From contig CALCQG010000067.1 in the NCBI GenBank assembly GCA_937897575.1, forward strand, positions 1 to 64,000: DNA of 64,000 nucleotides, given 5' to 3'. Positions 1-8,350 of the stretch are shown piece by piece. The translations under genes were made by a program, and so were the position numbers. How positions within the stretch are numbered: the first letter of the stretch is position 1; every line of letters begins with the position of its first letter. The stretch comes from an uncultured Synergistales bacterium. GTDB lineage: Bacteria > Synergistota > Synergistia > Synergistales > Aminobacteriaceae. Under the pieces are notes generated by a model. That model saw nothing but the letters and a program-made list of their open reading frames with translations, did no database searches and had not been told where the DNA came from.

Positions 1-303
1 GGCGACGTGCTGGAAGGCGTGGCCATCGAGCCGGGAAAGGTGTTCATCGAGATCGTGACCCTCGACTCCGAGGGGTGCGCCCCCTGCCAGTACATGTGCG
101 AGGCCGTCGCGTCGGTGCAGGACCGGTACGGAGACAGGCTCACCTGGCGCGAGTCCCTCATAAAGAGCGCGGCGGGCATCAAGAGAACCATGGCCCTCGG
201 CGTGACCACCCTGCCCACGATGCTGATCAACAACGAGGTGGTCTTCGACAACATCACCCCGACGGAAGAGGAGCTCATGAGGGAGATAGACAAACGTCTG
301 TAA
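1..303 (+). CDS. Thioredoxin-fold (CxxC) domain; probably the C-terminus of a larger protein starting before the window (e.g. a UroD/MtaA-type methyltransferase fusion)
   Basis: Frame is open from base 1; motif TLDSEGCAPCQYMC and Trx-like GVTTLPTMLINNEVVF; first gene of a corrinoid-related operon. Confidence 0.65.
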   Translation, partial: GDVLEGVAIEPGKVFIEIVTLDSEGCAPCQYMCEAVASVQDRYGDRLTWRESLIKSAAGIKRTMALGVTTLPTMLINNEVVFDNITPTEEELMREIDKRL

Positions 304-425
304 CCCCCGGTGAAACCCCGTGGATTCACTCCACCGCATAACAGGGGAGGGTGAGAGAAAACAAAAAACCGTGGCACCGCTCGAACGAGACAGGGTTCAT
401 CACTTTGTGAAAGAGGGGAAGACTC

Positions 426-1991
426 ATGGAAAACGGTACTCTCAAAAGACCTAGTTTCGGACTGGCTCTTATGACCTTCGTGGGCGTGGCCGCCATCATC
501 AGCTACGGGCTTCTCGGCCTGGGGCTCGACGCTCACGTTCCCATCGCCCTGGCCGCCACGTTCGCCGGCCTCGTGGGCAAAATCGCCGTCGGCATCTCCT
601 GGAAGGACATGTTCAGGTCCATCGCCGACACGATCACCTCCTCCGCCGAGACCCTTCTCATCCTCATCACCATCGGCATGCTCGTGGGGGCTTGGGTGCA
701 GGCCGGTGTGGTGCCGGGCATGATCTATTACGGCTTCAACCTCCTCACCCCGGGGATGTTCCTCCTGGCCACACTGCTTATATGCTCCATAGTGTCCGTG
801 GCCACCGGCTCCTCATGGGGCGTCGGGGGCACGGTGGGAGTTGCCCTCATGGGCATCGCCATCGGCCTCGGAATTCCCGCTCCCCTCGCAGCGGGCGTCA
901 TCATCTCGGGCGCCTACTTCGGCGACAAGATGTCCCCCCTCTCCGACACGACGAACCTCGCGCCGGCCGTCTCCGGGTCCAACCTCTTCGACCACATCCG
1001 CGCCATGGTCTGGACCACCACGCCGAGCTATATCATCGTCGTGGGGATCACCATCTTCCTTGGGTTCAAATACGCGGCGGGGACGGGCAATTTCGACTCG
1101 GCCAAGATCCAGGCTCTCCAGACCCTTCTGGCCACCGAGTTTCACATCACCCCGCTCTACACCGCCATCCCGGCCCTTATCGTCCTCGTCCTCGCCGTCA
1201 TGAAGTACCCCGCCGTGCCGAGCATGATCGCGGGGACTCTTGCCGGATCCGTGAGCGCCCTGATGCAGGGCAAGGGTCTGTCGGAGACCCTGGAGGTCAT
1301 CCACTACGGATATCACTCCACCATAGCGACCAAAATCTCCGAGACAGCCGTGACGGAGCTCCCCGCGATCCTGACGGAGAGCGGCATAGCGGGCATCACC
1401 CCCGAGGTGGCTCATGAGGCCAGCGGCATCCTGACGGAGCTCCTGAACCGGGGAGGCATCGACAGCATGATGTGGTCCCTCTCCCTCATCATGATCGCCC
1501 TCGCTCTGGGCGGCGTCATGGAGAGCTGCCGCTACCTCGACGTGCTCCTCACCCCCATGCTCCGGAAGGTCCGCACCGTGGGCGGTTTCGTCTCCCTCGT
1601 CATGGCGTCCTCCTTCACGAGCAACGTCTTCCTCGGCGACCAGTACCTGGGCATCATCATCCCGGGACGGATGTTCAAGGACGCCGTGGCCCACTCGGAC
1701 CTTTCGCCCAGGATGCTCTCCCGCACCCTGGAGGACTGCGGCACCATGACGGCGGTCCTCATTCCCTGGACGGGGTGCGGAGCCTTCCAGTCCGCCGCCC
1801 TCGGGGTACCCACCCTTGCCTACGCCCCCTACTGCTTCCTGAACTACGTCAACCCCTTCGTGGGGATCGCCATGGCCTACATGGGCATCGGCAACTACTG
1901 GGGGAAGAACGGGGCCGACCGGGTCGAGCGACGCACCGCCCTGACCTTCGATCTTTCCGAAACGGCCCCCTCCGTCGACGAAAAAGCGTAA
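426..1991 (+). CDS. nhaC: NhaC-family Na+/H+ antiporter / amino-acid transporter
   Basis: Many TM segments; motifs ATGSSWG, GAYFGDKMSPLSDTTNLAP, SRTLEDCGT; RBS GAGGGG. Confidence 0.9.
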   Translation: MENGTLKRPSFGLALMTFVGVAAIISYGLLGLGLDAHVPIALAATFAGLVGKIAVGISWKDMFRSIADTITSSAETLLILITIGMLVGAWVQAGVVPGMIYYGFNLLTPGMFLLATLLICSIVSVATGSSWGVGGTVGVALMGIAIGLGIPAPLAAGVIISGAYFGDKMSPLSDTTNLAPAVSGSNLFDHIRAMVWTTTPSYIIVVGITIFLGFKYAAGTGNFDSAKIQALQTLLATEFHITPLYTAIPALIVLVLAVMKYPAVPSMIAGTLAGSVSALMQGKGLSETLEVIHYGYHSTIATKISETAVTELPAILTESGIAGITPEVAHEASGILTELLNRGGIDSMMWSLSLIMIALALGGVMESCRYLDVLLTPMLRKVRTVGGFVSLVMASSFTSNVFLGDQYLGIIIPGRMFKDAVAHSDLSPRMLSRTLEDCGTMTAVLIPWTGCGAFQSAALGVPTLAYAPYCFLNYVNPFVGIAMAYMGIGNYWGKNGADRVERRTALTFDLSETAPSVDEKA

Positions 1992-2004
1992 AATTATCCA
2001 AAAG

Positions 2005-2043
2005 CGCCGGGGATCGCCCTACTGAACGAGGCGATCCCCGGCG
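2005..2043 (+). terminator. GC-rich intergenic stem-loop (mRNA stabiliser or attenuator)
   Basis: Perfect 14-bp inverted repeat CGCCGGGGATCGCC / GGCGATCCCCGGCG with no U-tract. Confidence 0.5.
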
Positions 2044-2133
2044 GACGGCAGACCGGCGGACCTGTTCGCCACACCCCTTCCGAGACCGTATGAACACTGA
2101 ACAGGCGCCGTGAAAAGACGAGGAGCGTTGCCC

Positions 2134-3759
2134 ATGAACGACAAGGAGCTCTCTCTCCTGTTCCACCCGTCCGGGCGCACCGGACACGGACACCCCGGCG
2201 AGACCGTGGGGGCCGTCGCAACCCGGGCCGGAGTCCCTTTGGCGCAGCCCTGCGGCGGAGCCGGGGTCTGCGGCAAGTGCCGCGTGCTCCCCGCGGCAGG
2301 GGCAAACTTCCTTGACGAGGTCACCGAGACGGAGCGGGAGCGGCTCGGCCCGCACCTTCTGGCCGAGGGGGTCCGCCTCGCCTGCTGCGCCCGTCTCGAG
2401 GGCAGCGGCGAGGTGACGGTCATGGACGATGTGGCGGCGGCGAACCTTCAGATCCTGGGCAGCATCGGCACGGAGCCCATAGGTGATTGGGACGGCGGCA
2501 GGACCGGCTGCGGCGTGGCCGTGGACCTCGGAACCACGTCGGTGGTCTGCTGTCTTGCCGACCTGGAGCGGGGGGAGATCCTGGACGTGGACTCCTTTCT
2601 CAACCCCCAGGTCGTCTTCGGCGACGACGTTCTGTCCAGGATCGCCTACGCCTCCTCGGAGCGGGAGGGGCTTTCCCGCCTCCGGGACGTCGTGACGAAC
2701 GCCCTGGATCGCGGCATCCGAGCCATGGCGGAGCGCAGCGGGAGAAGGACGGAGGACATAGGCCGGATCGTGGTGGCGGGCAACACCGTCATGGAGCACC
2801 TCCTCCTCGGCGTCTCCCCGAAATCCATCGGCAGGAGCCCCTACAGACCGACGTTCCTCAAGTACCCCCCCGTCCCGGCGGCGGACCTCGGGATCCACAT
2901 CCACCCCGACGGGCTGGTCCACCTCATCCCGAACGTGGCGGGCTACGTGGGAGGGGATATCGTCTCGGGGGCGACCGCCCTCGCCATGGACGAAAGCCCC
3001 TCCCTGCGCCTCCTCGTGGACGTGGGGACCAACAGCGAGATCGTCCTCGGCGACAGGGACAGCCTCCTCTGCTGCGCCGCAGCGGCGGGGCCCGCCTTCG
3101 AGGGGGCGAGGATCCAGTGCGGCATGAGGGCGGAGTCCGGCGCCATCGAACGGGTCCGCCTCGCCCCCGACGGGCGGGGGATCGAATACGAGACCGTGCG
3201 CGACGCCCCGCCTCGGGGGATATGCGGGTCCGGCCTGGTGGACGCCGTCGCCCTGCTCCTTCACCAGGGCATCATCGACCGGTCCGGTCGGTTCACCATG
3301 ACGGAGGGTTCGGGGCAACGATGGTTCGACCCCCGCTTCTCGAAGGACGACAGGGGGATGGTCCGGTTCCTCCTCGCTGACCACGGCGACCGGCCGCTCT
3401 TCATCACCCAGAAGGACGTCCGGGAGGTCCAGCTCGCCGTGGGGGCCATCCGCGTGGGGGCGGAGGTCCTTCTGGAGCGGCGGGGCGTCGCCATGGACGA
3501 CGTGGACGAGATTCTCCTCGCCGGAGCCTTCGGGAACTACATCCACGTGGAGAACGCCATGGCCATCGGCCTGCTCCCTCCCTTCCCTCCCGACAGGGTG
3601 CGAAGCGTCCGGAACTCGTCGGGCCTCGGGGCCTGCAAGGCCCTGGCGTCCGAGGCATTCCTCCGGAGGACGCACGAGGCCGCCAGGAGGATGTCCTACG
3701 TGGAGCTCTCCACGCTCCCCGACTTCCAGCCCCGCTTCCTGAGGGCCCTGACCTTCTGA
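2134..3759 (+). CDS. ASKHA-type ATP-dependent corrinoid reductive activator (RACo/DUF4445) with N-terminal 2Fe-2S domain
   Basis: CGGAGVCGKC...RLACC ferredoxin motif; AVDLGTT, YVGGDI, DVGTNSE, AGPAFEG, GICGSG, AGAFG; ATG after AGGAG. Confidence 0.9.
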   Translation: MNDKELSLLFHPSGRTGHGHPGETVGAVATRAGVPLAQPCGGAGVCGKCRVLPAAGANFLDEVTETERERLGPHLLAEGVRLACCARLEGSGEVTVMDDVAAANLQILGSIGTEPIGDWDGGRTGCGVAVDLGTTSVVCCLADLERGEILDVDSFLNPQVVFGDDVLSRIAYASSEREGLSRLRDVVTNALDRGIRAMAERSGRRTEDIGRIVVAGNTVMEHLLLGVSPKSIGRSPYRPTFLKYPPVPAADLGIHIHPDGLVHLIPNVAGYVGGDIVSGATALAMDESPSLRLLVDVGTNSEIVLGDRDSLLCCAAAAGPAFEGARIQCGMRAESGAIERVRLAPDGRGIEYETVRDAPPRGICGSGLVDAVALLLHQGIIDRSGRFTMTEGSGQRWFDPRFSKDDRGMVRFLLADHGDRPLFITQKDVREVQLAVGAIRVGAEVLLERRGVAMDDVDEILLAGAFGNYIHVENAMAIGLLPPFPPDRVRSVRNSSGLGACKALASEAFLRRTHEAARRMSYVELSTLPDFQPRFLRALTF

Positions 3760-4562
3760 TGGACCATCACGAGGAGCACCCCATGAAGACCATCAGGCTG
3801 TACCTCTCCAACTCGTTGCCCCACAGGGACGGGATCATCGAGGAGATGGACGGCCCCTCCTTCTCCACCGCCCTCGAATCCCTCGTGGCCCAGTACGGCG
3901 CCATGGGGGAACGGTACCTGAAAGCGGCGGACAGGTTCGTGGACTTCTGGCGCGATGAGGTGGCAGGGGGGTGCATCGACCCGAAGGCCCGGGTCCTGAT
4001 CCTCCACCCCGAGGAGATGGAGAGACGGTTCTCCGCCGTGCTGGACCGCTGCGAAACCCGACCGGAGCGGACCGTCCTCATGGTGTGGACCATCGGGGAG
4101 GCCCTGGAACGGCGCAGCGCCGCCATCATGAGCGAGAAGGGGCGCTCCATGGAGGGGCTCCTCCTCGACGTGGCCGGCTCCATCATGCTGTACAAGATGC
4201 ACGCCGCCCTGCTGGGCTGGGTGGAGACAACCCTGGCCCCGCTCCTGGGAAAACCCGTCTCCGGAGAGCTGTACCCCGGGTTCGGGGGGATGCTCCAGGA
4301 CGTCATGGAGGACATCGAGAAAAACGCCCGCACCGATGAGACCATCGGCGTGCGCGCCCGCGGCGCCGGCATGCTGCACCCGAGGAAGACCCAGTGCTCC
4401 TTCGTGGTCCTCGGACAGAGCACAACGGACCGGTGGGACGTGGTCCTCCCCTGCTCCCCGTGCACCGGAGCGAAGTGCCTGTACCACCAGCTCGGAGGGT
4501 GCCACCTCACCGTGATGGGCGGCGGGCGCTTCGACGGGGCGGGAAAGAGGGAGACGCCATGA
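3759..4562 (+). CDS. Cys-rich protein resembling the B12-dependent methionine synthase reactivation-domain family
   Basis: WTIGEALE...LLLDVAGS, YPGFG, MLHPRKT and C-terminal CxPCxxxxC; coupled to the RACo gene. Confidence 0.6.
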   Translation: MDHHEEHPMKTIRLYLSNSLPHRDGIIEEMDGPSFSTALESLVAQYGAMGERYLKAADRFVDFWRDEVAGGCIDPKARVLILHPEEMERRFSAVLDRCETRPERTVLMVWTIGEALERRSAAIMSEKGRSMEGLLLDVAGSIMLYKMHAALLGWVETTLAPLLGKPVSGELYPGFGGMLQDVMEDIEKNARTDETIGVRARGAGMLHPRKTQCSFVVLGQSTTDRWDVVLPCSPCTGAKCLYHQLGGCHLTVMGGGRFDGAGKRETP

Positions 4563-5539
4563 AGAAGTGTGCCGTGGTGCTGCTCTCGGGGTTTCTCGGG
4601 AGTGGCAAGACGACGGTGCTCCTCCACCTCCTCGGGGAGGTCCCGCCCCAGGAGACGGTGGTGGTGCTCATGAACGAGTTCGGCCGCATCGGCGTGGACG
4701 GGGACATCATCCGTCGGGACGGCCTCGAGATCCTGGAGGTGAACAGAGGGTCCATCTTCTGCGCCTGCGCCAAGGGGGACTACCTGAGGGCCCTGCACAC
4801 CATACTCCGGGACTACCGCCCCACCGTCCTGCTCGTGGAGGCCAGCGGCGTCGCGGACACGAGGGACATGCGGCGCGACCTGGAGACCGGGCGTCTGGGC
4901 GACTTCTACGAGTTCCGGGGCAACCTGTGCGTCGTGGACGGTGAGCACTTCATCGAGTGGGCGGACCTCTTCAACGCAGTCTCCGTACAGGTGGAGACCG
5001 CCACGGCGGTGGTGCTCAACAAGACGGATCTCATGACGCCCGAAGCCCGTGACGCCGTGCTGAAGGCGGTGAGGTCGCTGAACCCCTCCGCCCCTCTCCT
5101 CGAGACGTCCTTCGGGCGTGTTCCGTGGGCGTGGGCGCTCCCGCCGAAGGAGACGGAGACGTCGGACCGAACGCTCCCCACGGACGAGGAGTGGGACATC
5201 TTCATCCAGTCCCGTCTCGAGGACGAGGAGGGACACCTCGCCCCTCCCGACGCCTTCTATGCTCAGAGCATCCTCTGGAAGGGGGACGGCGACGCCTTCA
5301 GGGAACTCCTCGCCGGCCTCCCCGACGACGTGGTGCGGGCGAAGGGGTACTTCAGGGAGGGGACGGGATGGACCCTCTTCGACGTGGTGCACGGGGGGAG
5401 GATATCCTACGCCCCTCTGGAGGCCGCCCCCTCGTCGGGGGAGAACGTCGCGGTGTTCATCCGCCGCCGGGAAGACCTTCAGGAGCTCCCCAAAAAACTC
5501 TTCGCCGCCGGGCTCAAGGTCACGGCCATCCGCAATTAG
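4559..5539 (+). CDS. CobW/COG0523 family GTPase (metallochaperone)
   Basis: SGFLGSGKTT, NEFG, GSIFCAC, EASG, NKTD; ATGA overlap with the upstream stop. Confidence 0.9.
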   Translation: MKKCAVVLLSGFLGSGKTTVLLHLLGEVPPQETVVVLMNEFGRIGVDGDIIRRDGLEILEVNRGSIFCACAKGDYLRALHTILRDYRPTVLLVEASGVADTRDMRRDLETGRLGDFYEFRGNLCVVDGEHFIEWADLFNAVSVQVETATAVVLNKTDLMTPEARDAVLKAVRSLNPSAPLLETSFGRVPWAWALPPKETETSDRTLPTDEEWDIFIQSRLEDEEGHLAPPDAFYAQSILWKGDGDAFRELLAGLPDDVVRAKGYFREGTGWTLFDVVHGGRISYAPLEAAPSSGENVAVFIRRREDLQELPKKLFAAGLKVTAIRN

Positions 5540-5984
5540 TAGTAGGCGACCAAAACTCCTGCGCCCATTCATGGGCGTGGGAGTTTTGTGTCGATCACTA
5601 TCCCGAGGAACAACGTGACGAGGGATGGAGATGACCAGGTGTCAGTCACTCCCTCGCGTCGCTCGGGATAGCAGGCAACCGGCGATCTGACCCGCAGGGT
5701 CAGGAGCCGAGTTGATCGCTGCCTCGTCAAACTCGGCATAGCATCTGACTCAGCACGCTTCGCGTTGCTGGTCCTCTGCTATCCTTTAGGACCGCAGGCA
5801 GCCATCGAGTCGAGCACAGCGAAGACAAGATGTGCTGTTCGCAATCCTTTAGGACAATCGGAGGCTAATAAGCCAAGGTACTTGGCGAGTTGAGCCCATT
5901 GCTATTACGGAACAAAGCGAAGATACTCGGGCGCTTGGAACGGTGGAACGAGAGCACCACTCCGTGGGTCGGGGCTTATTTCAC
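5540..5984 (+). mobile_element. Putative non-autonomous IS200/IS605-family element with structured-RNA cargo
   Basis: Preceded by TTAG (5536-5539); AAAC (5553-5556) directly before hairpin 5557-5582; right-end bulged hairpin 5955-5974, 6-nt spacer and terminal TCAC (5981-5984); fills the whole gap between two convergent stop codons; no transposase ORF. Confidence 0.65.
5598..5984 (+). ncRNA. Putative highly structured ncRNA with a TnpB omegaRNA-like 3' end
   Basis: Stems 5598-5607/5662-5671, 5687-5703, 5706-5713/5730-5737, 5738-5743/5777-5782, 5751-5770, 5872-5886; GTGGAA (5943-5948) can pair with terminal TTTCAC (5979-5984). Confidence 0.5.
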
Positions 5985-6368
5985 TCAGACCGGAGGCTCC
6001 GAATCCTGGCAGGCGGCGGCCACCGCCTCGGCCAAGCGCTCCACGTCGTCGCAATAGGCCCGAAGGGTGCCCGCCCATGTGCGAAGGCACGCGTTCCCCT
6101 TTTCGGTGAGACCATAAACGTCCCGGGCGGGGCCGCTTCGCTGGGTCTCCCGCTTCGAGCGGAGAAGTTCAGCCTGCTCCATCTTCCGAAGGGTTCGGTA
6201 GAGCCCCGTGGGGTCCACCCTCTGACACCCCTCGAAGTCCGCCTCGCGGAGGCGTTTGAGAATCGCGAAACCGTGCAGCTCCTCCCTGCTCAGCAGGAGC
6301 AGGATGGAGGGCTGCAGAAACCGGTCCAGAAAGGACCCCCGGCAGGGACACTTCTCCTCGATAGCCAC
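5985..6368 (-). CDS. PadR-family transcriptional regulator
   Basis: LQPSILLLL..HGF..., TGLYRTLRKME, GPARDVYGLTEKG; N-terminal CPC. Confidence 0.9.
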   Translation of the reverse strand: MAIEEKCPCRGSFLDRFLQPSILLLLSREELHGFAILKRLREADFEGCQRVDPTGLYRTLRKMEQAELLRSKRETQRSGPARDVYGLTEKGNACLRTWAGTLRAYCDDVERLAEAVAAACQDSEPPV

Positions 6369-6450
6369 GACGGCTCCCCCTTTTTTGCATTGTCACACCC
6401 TGAACGAAGAACCTGTGCAAAAAGTATAGCACCTGGCACAATCCACCCGC

Positions 6451-6509
6451 TTGACAGCGGAGTTCTTCCCTCCGTATACTGACTTCAATTAGACTAAGTC
6501 TACTAGTCA
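6451..6509 (+). promoter_or_regulatory. Sigma70 promoter with a candidate PadR operator
   Basis: TTGACA (6451-6456), 18 bp, TATACT (6475-6480); palindrome TAGACT-A-AGTCTA (6490-6502) flanked by TGACT/AGTCA. Confidence 0.65.
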
Positions 6510-6540
6510 TTCATACTTTGAGCAAAGAGGGGAAAGAGAC

Positions 6541-7578
6541 ATGAAACGAATCGTCAGGGGGCTTCTGGTATGTGTTCTGGGAGCTGCGGTCTGCACCGCG
6601 TCTCCGGTATGGGCGGAAAAACCTGTGATCACCGTAGCGAACACGGGGACGAGCATCAAGGCCGCCATGATCGTCCTGGCGCACCAAATGGGGTATTACG
6701 GGGAGGAGGGTCTGGACGTCCGGATCGAGCAGATATCCAACCTCAACGAGGGCGCCACTGCCGTCCAGATGGGAAAACTGGACGTTCTCCCCCTGGGGAT
6801 CATTCCCACGGCCGTCTTCGTCTCCAAGGGGGCCGATCTCGTGGTCTTCGGCGGCACCATCGCCGAGGGGAGCCAGGCCGTAACGCTGCCGGAGAACAGG
6901 GATATGTATGAGGACCTCGCCGCCTTCAGGGGAAAAAAGGTGGCGGTGGTGCGCCCGGAGACGGGGCACATGATCATGAAGGCCCTCATCCGGAAGGCTG
7001 GGGTGGACCCGGAGCGGGATATGGAGTACATCATCCTCGACGGCTTTCAGTCGGTCATAGAGTCCGTCCGGAAGGGGGCCGTGGATGTTGGGTTCGTGAA
7101 CAGCGGCTTCGGCTTCATAGCGGAGAAACAGGGGCTTGCCGTGGCCTTCAACGTAGGCAAGTGGGCCCCAGGGGCGGTATGCTGCCGCCAGACCACCTCA
7201 CGCGCCGCTCTTGAGAGCAAGAGGGGCGCCTTCGTGAAGTTTCAGGTGGCCAACCTGCGGGCCTTCGAACTCTTCAAGAACGATGAAAGGACCACTATCC
7301 GCCGCCTGGCCGAGTTCTCCGGCCAACCCGAGGACTATGTTCGCCACTGCCTGTACGGCGGGGTTATGATATACACCCTCGATCCGGTGAAGAAGCGGGT
7401 CCTCGATTTTTACGAGGTCATGAAGGCCAACGGCGACATCGATCCCGCGACCCCCTACGGCATGGAACACGCCGTGGATACGACGGTGTACCGGGACGCC
7501 CTCCGGGAGGTACGAACCCGCTTCCCCGAGAGCGAGGTCTTCCTGAAACTGGAGAAGGAGTTTGCCGAGAATAACTGA
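6541..7578 (+). CDS. ABC substrate-binding protein, SsuA/NMT1/TauA-like
   Basis: Signal peptide (ending VWA-E); GYYGEEGLDV, FRGKKVAV, GAVDVGFV. Confidence 0.85.
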   Translation: MKRIVRGLLVCVLGAAVCTASPVWAEKPVITVANTGTSIKAAMIVLAHQMGYYGEEGLDVRIEQISNLNEGATAVQMGKLDVLPLGIIPTAVFVSKGADLVVFGGTIAEGSQAVTLPENRDMYEDLAAFRGKKVAVVRPETGHMIMKALIRKAGVDPERDMEYIILDGFQSVIESVRKGAVDVGFVNSGFGFIAEKQGLAVAFNVGKWAPGAVCCRQTTSRAALESKRGAFVKFQVANLRAFELFKNDERTTIRRLAEFSGQPEDYVRHCLYGGVMIYTLDPVKKRVLDFYEVMKANGDIDPATPYGMEHAVDTTVYRDALREVRTRFPESEVFLKLEKEFAENN

Positions 7579-8350
7579 AGGTGCTCCCGCGGCTGCCGTA
7601 GAGGCACGAGATCTTTCGTTCCGCTACGGCGCCGGGGAGCCTCCGGTGTTCCGAAACCTGAACTTCCGGGTGGAACCCGGGGAGTTTGTCTGCCTCTTGG
7701 GCCACAGCGGCCGGGGCAAGACTACCCTGCTCCGCCTCGTGGCCGGCCTCGATGCCCCGTCGTCGGGAGAGCTCCTCGTGGAGGGGCGTCCCGTGACGGG
7801 CCCCGGCATGGACAGGGGGATGGTCTTTCAAGGAGCCTCCCTCTTCCCGTGGATGACTCTGCTGGAGAACGTGGTCTTCGGCGTCCGCCGGGCCATGCCG
7901 GAGCTCTCACGCCGGGGCGCGCGGGAGAGGGCGGCGCAGTTCCTCGACCGGGTGGAGCTCCTGGACAGCGCGGACAAATACCCCGCGCAACTTTCCGGAG
8001 GCATGGCCCAGCGGGGTGCCATCGCCCGAATGCTCTCCATGAACGCATCCATCTGGCTCTTCGACGAGCCGTTCAGCGCCCTGGACCCTCCGAGCCGACG
8101 GGCTCACCGCTCACTGGTGAGGAAGCTCTGGCGCGACCAGACCCCCCGCCGCACCATCCTCTTCGTCACCCACAACGTGGACGAGGCGGTGCGGATGGCG
8201 GACCGCATCCTTTTCCTCGGAGGGGACGGCGAGGGGGACATGCCGATCTCCCTGAAGCGTGAGGACGGGGGCGCCGAGGGGATATCCTCCCTCAAGGGGC
8301 ATCTCGCGGACCTGTTCGCTTCCGGAGGACCGAAGGGGAACGAGGTATGA
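7562..8350 (+). CDS. ABC ATP-binding protein (nitrate/sulfonate type)
   Basis: Walker A GHSGRGKTT, LSGGMAQR, Walker B WLFDEPF, H-loop; TTG start after AAGGAG. Confidence 0.9.
   Translation: MPRITEGAPAAAVEARDLSFRYGAGEPPVFRNLNFRVEPGEFVCLLGHSGRGKTTLLRLVAGLDAPSSGELLVEGRPVTGPGMDRGMVFQGASLFPWMTLLENVVFGVRRAMPELSRRGARERAAQFLDRVELLDSADKYPAQLSGGMAQRGAIARMLSMNASIWLFDEPFSALDPPSRRAHRSLVRKLWRDQTPRRTILFVTHNVDEAVRMADRILFLGGDGEGDMPISLKREDGGAEGISSLKGHLADLFASGGPKGNEV

Noticed and set aside
5537..5545. TAG TAG TAG as a sign of pyrrolysine read-through in a methyltransferase operon
   Set aside because: CobW is complete at the first TAG, and the extra TAGs belong to the left end of the inserted element.
5779..5855. 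CRISPR- or TIGR-like array from the ATCCTTTAGGAC repeats
   Set aside because: Only two exact 12-nt copies plus one variant, irregular spacing, and no cas or associated gene.
5540..5984. Group I intron / IStron, IscB HEARO-type omegaRNA, RNase P or tmRNA as the identity of the structured element
   Set aside because: No U at the 5' junction and no terminal G in either orientation, and no convincing P7 pair; no GTCAAC...GTTGACCAG IscB pattern; no GAGGAAAGTCC RNase P motif; no tRNA-like tmRNA ends.
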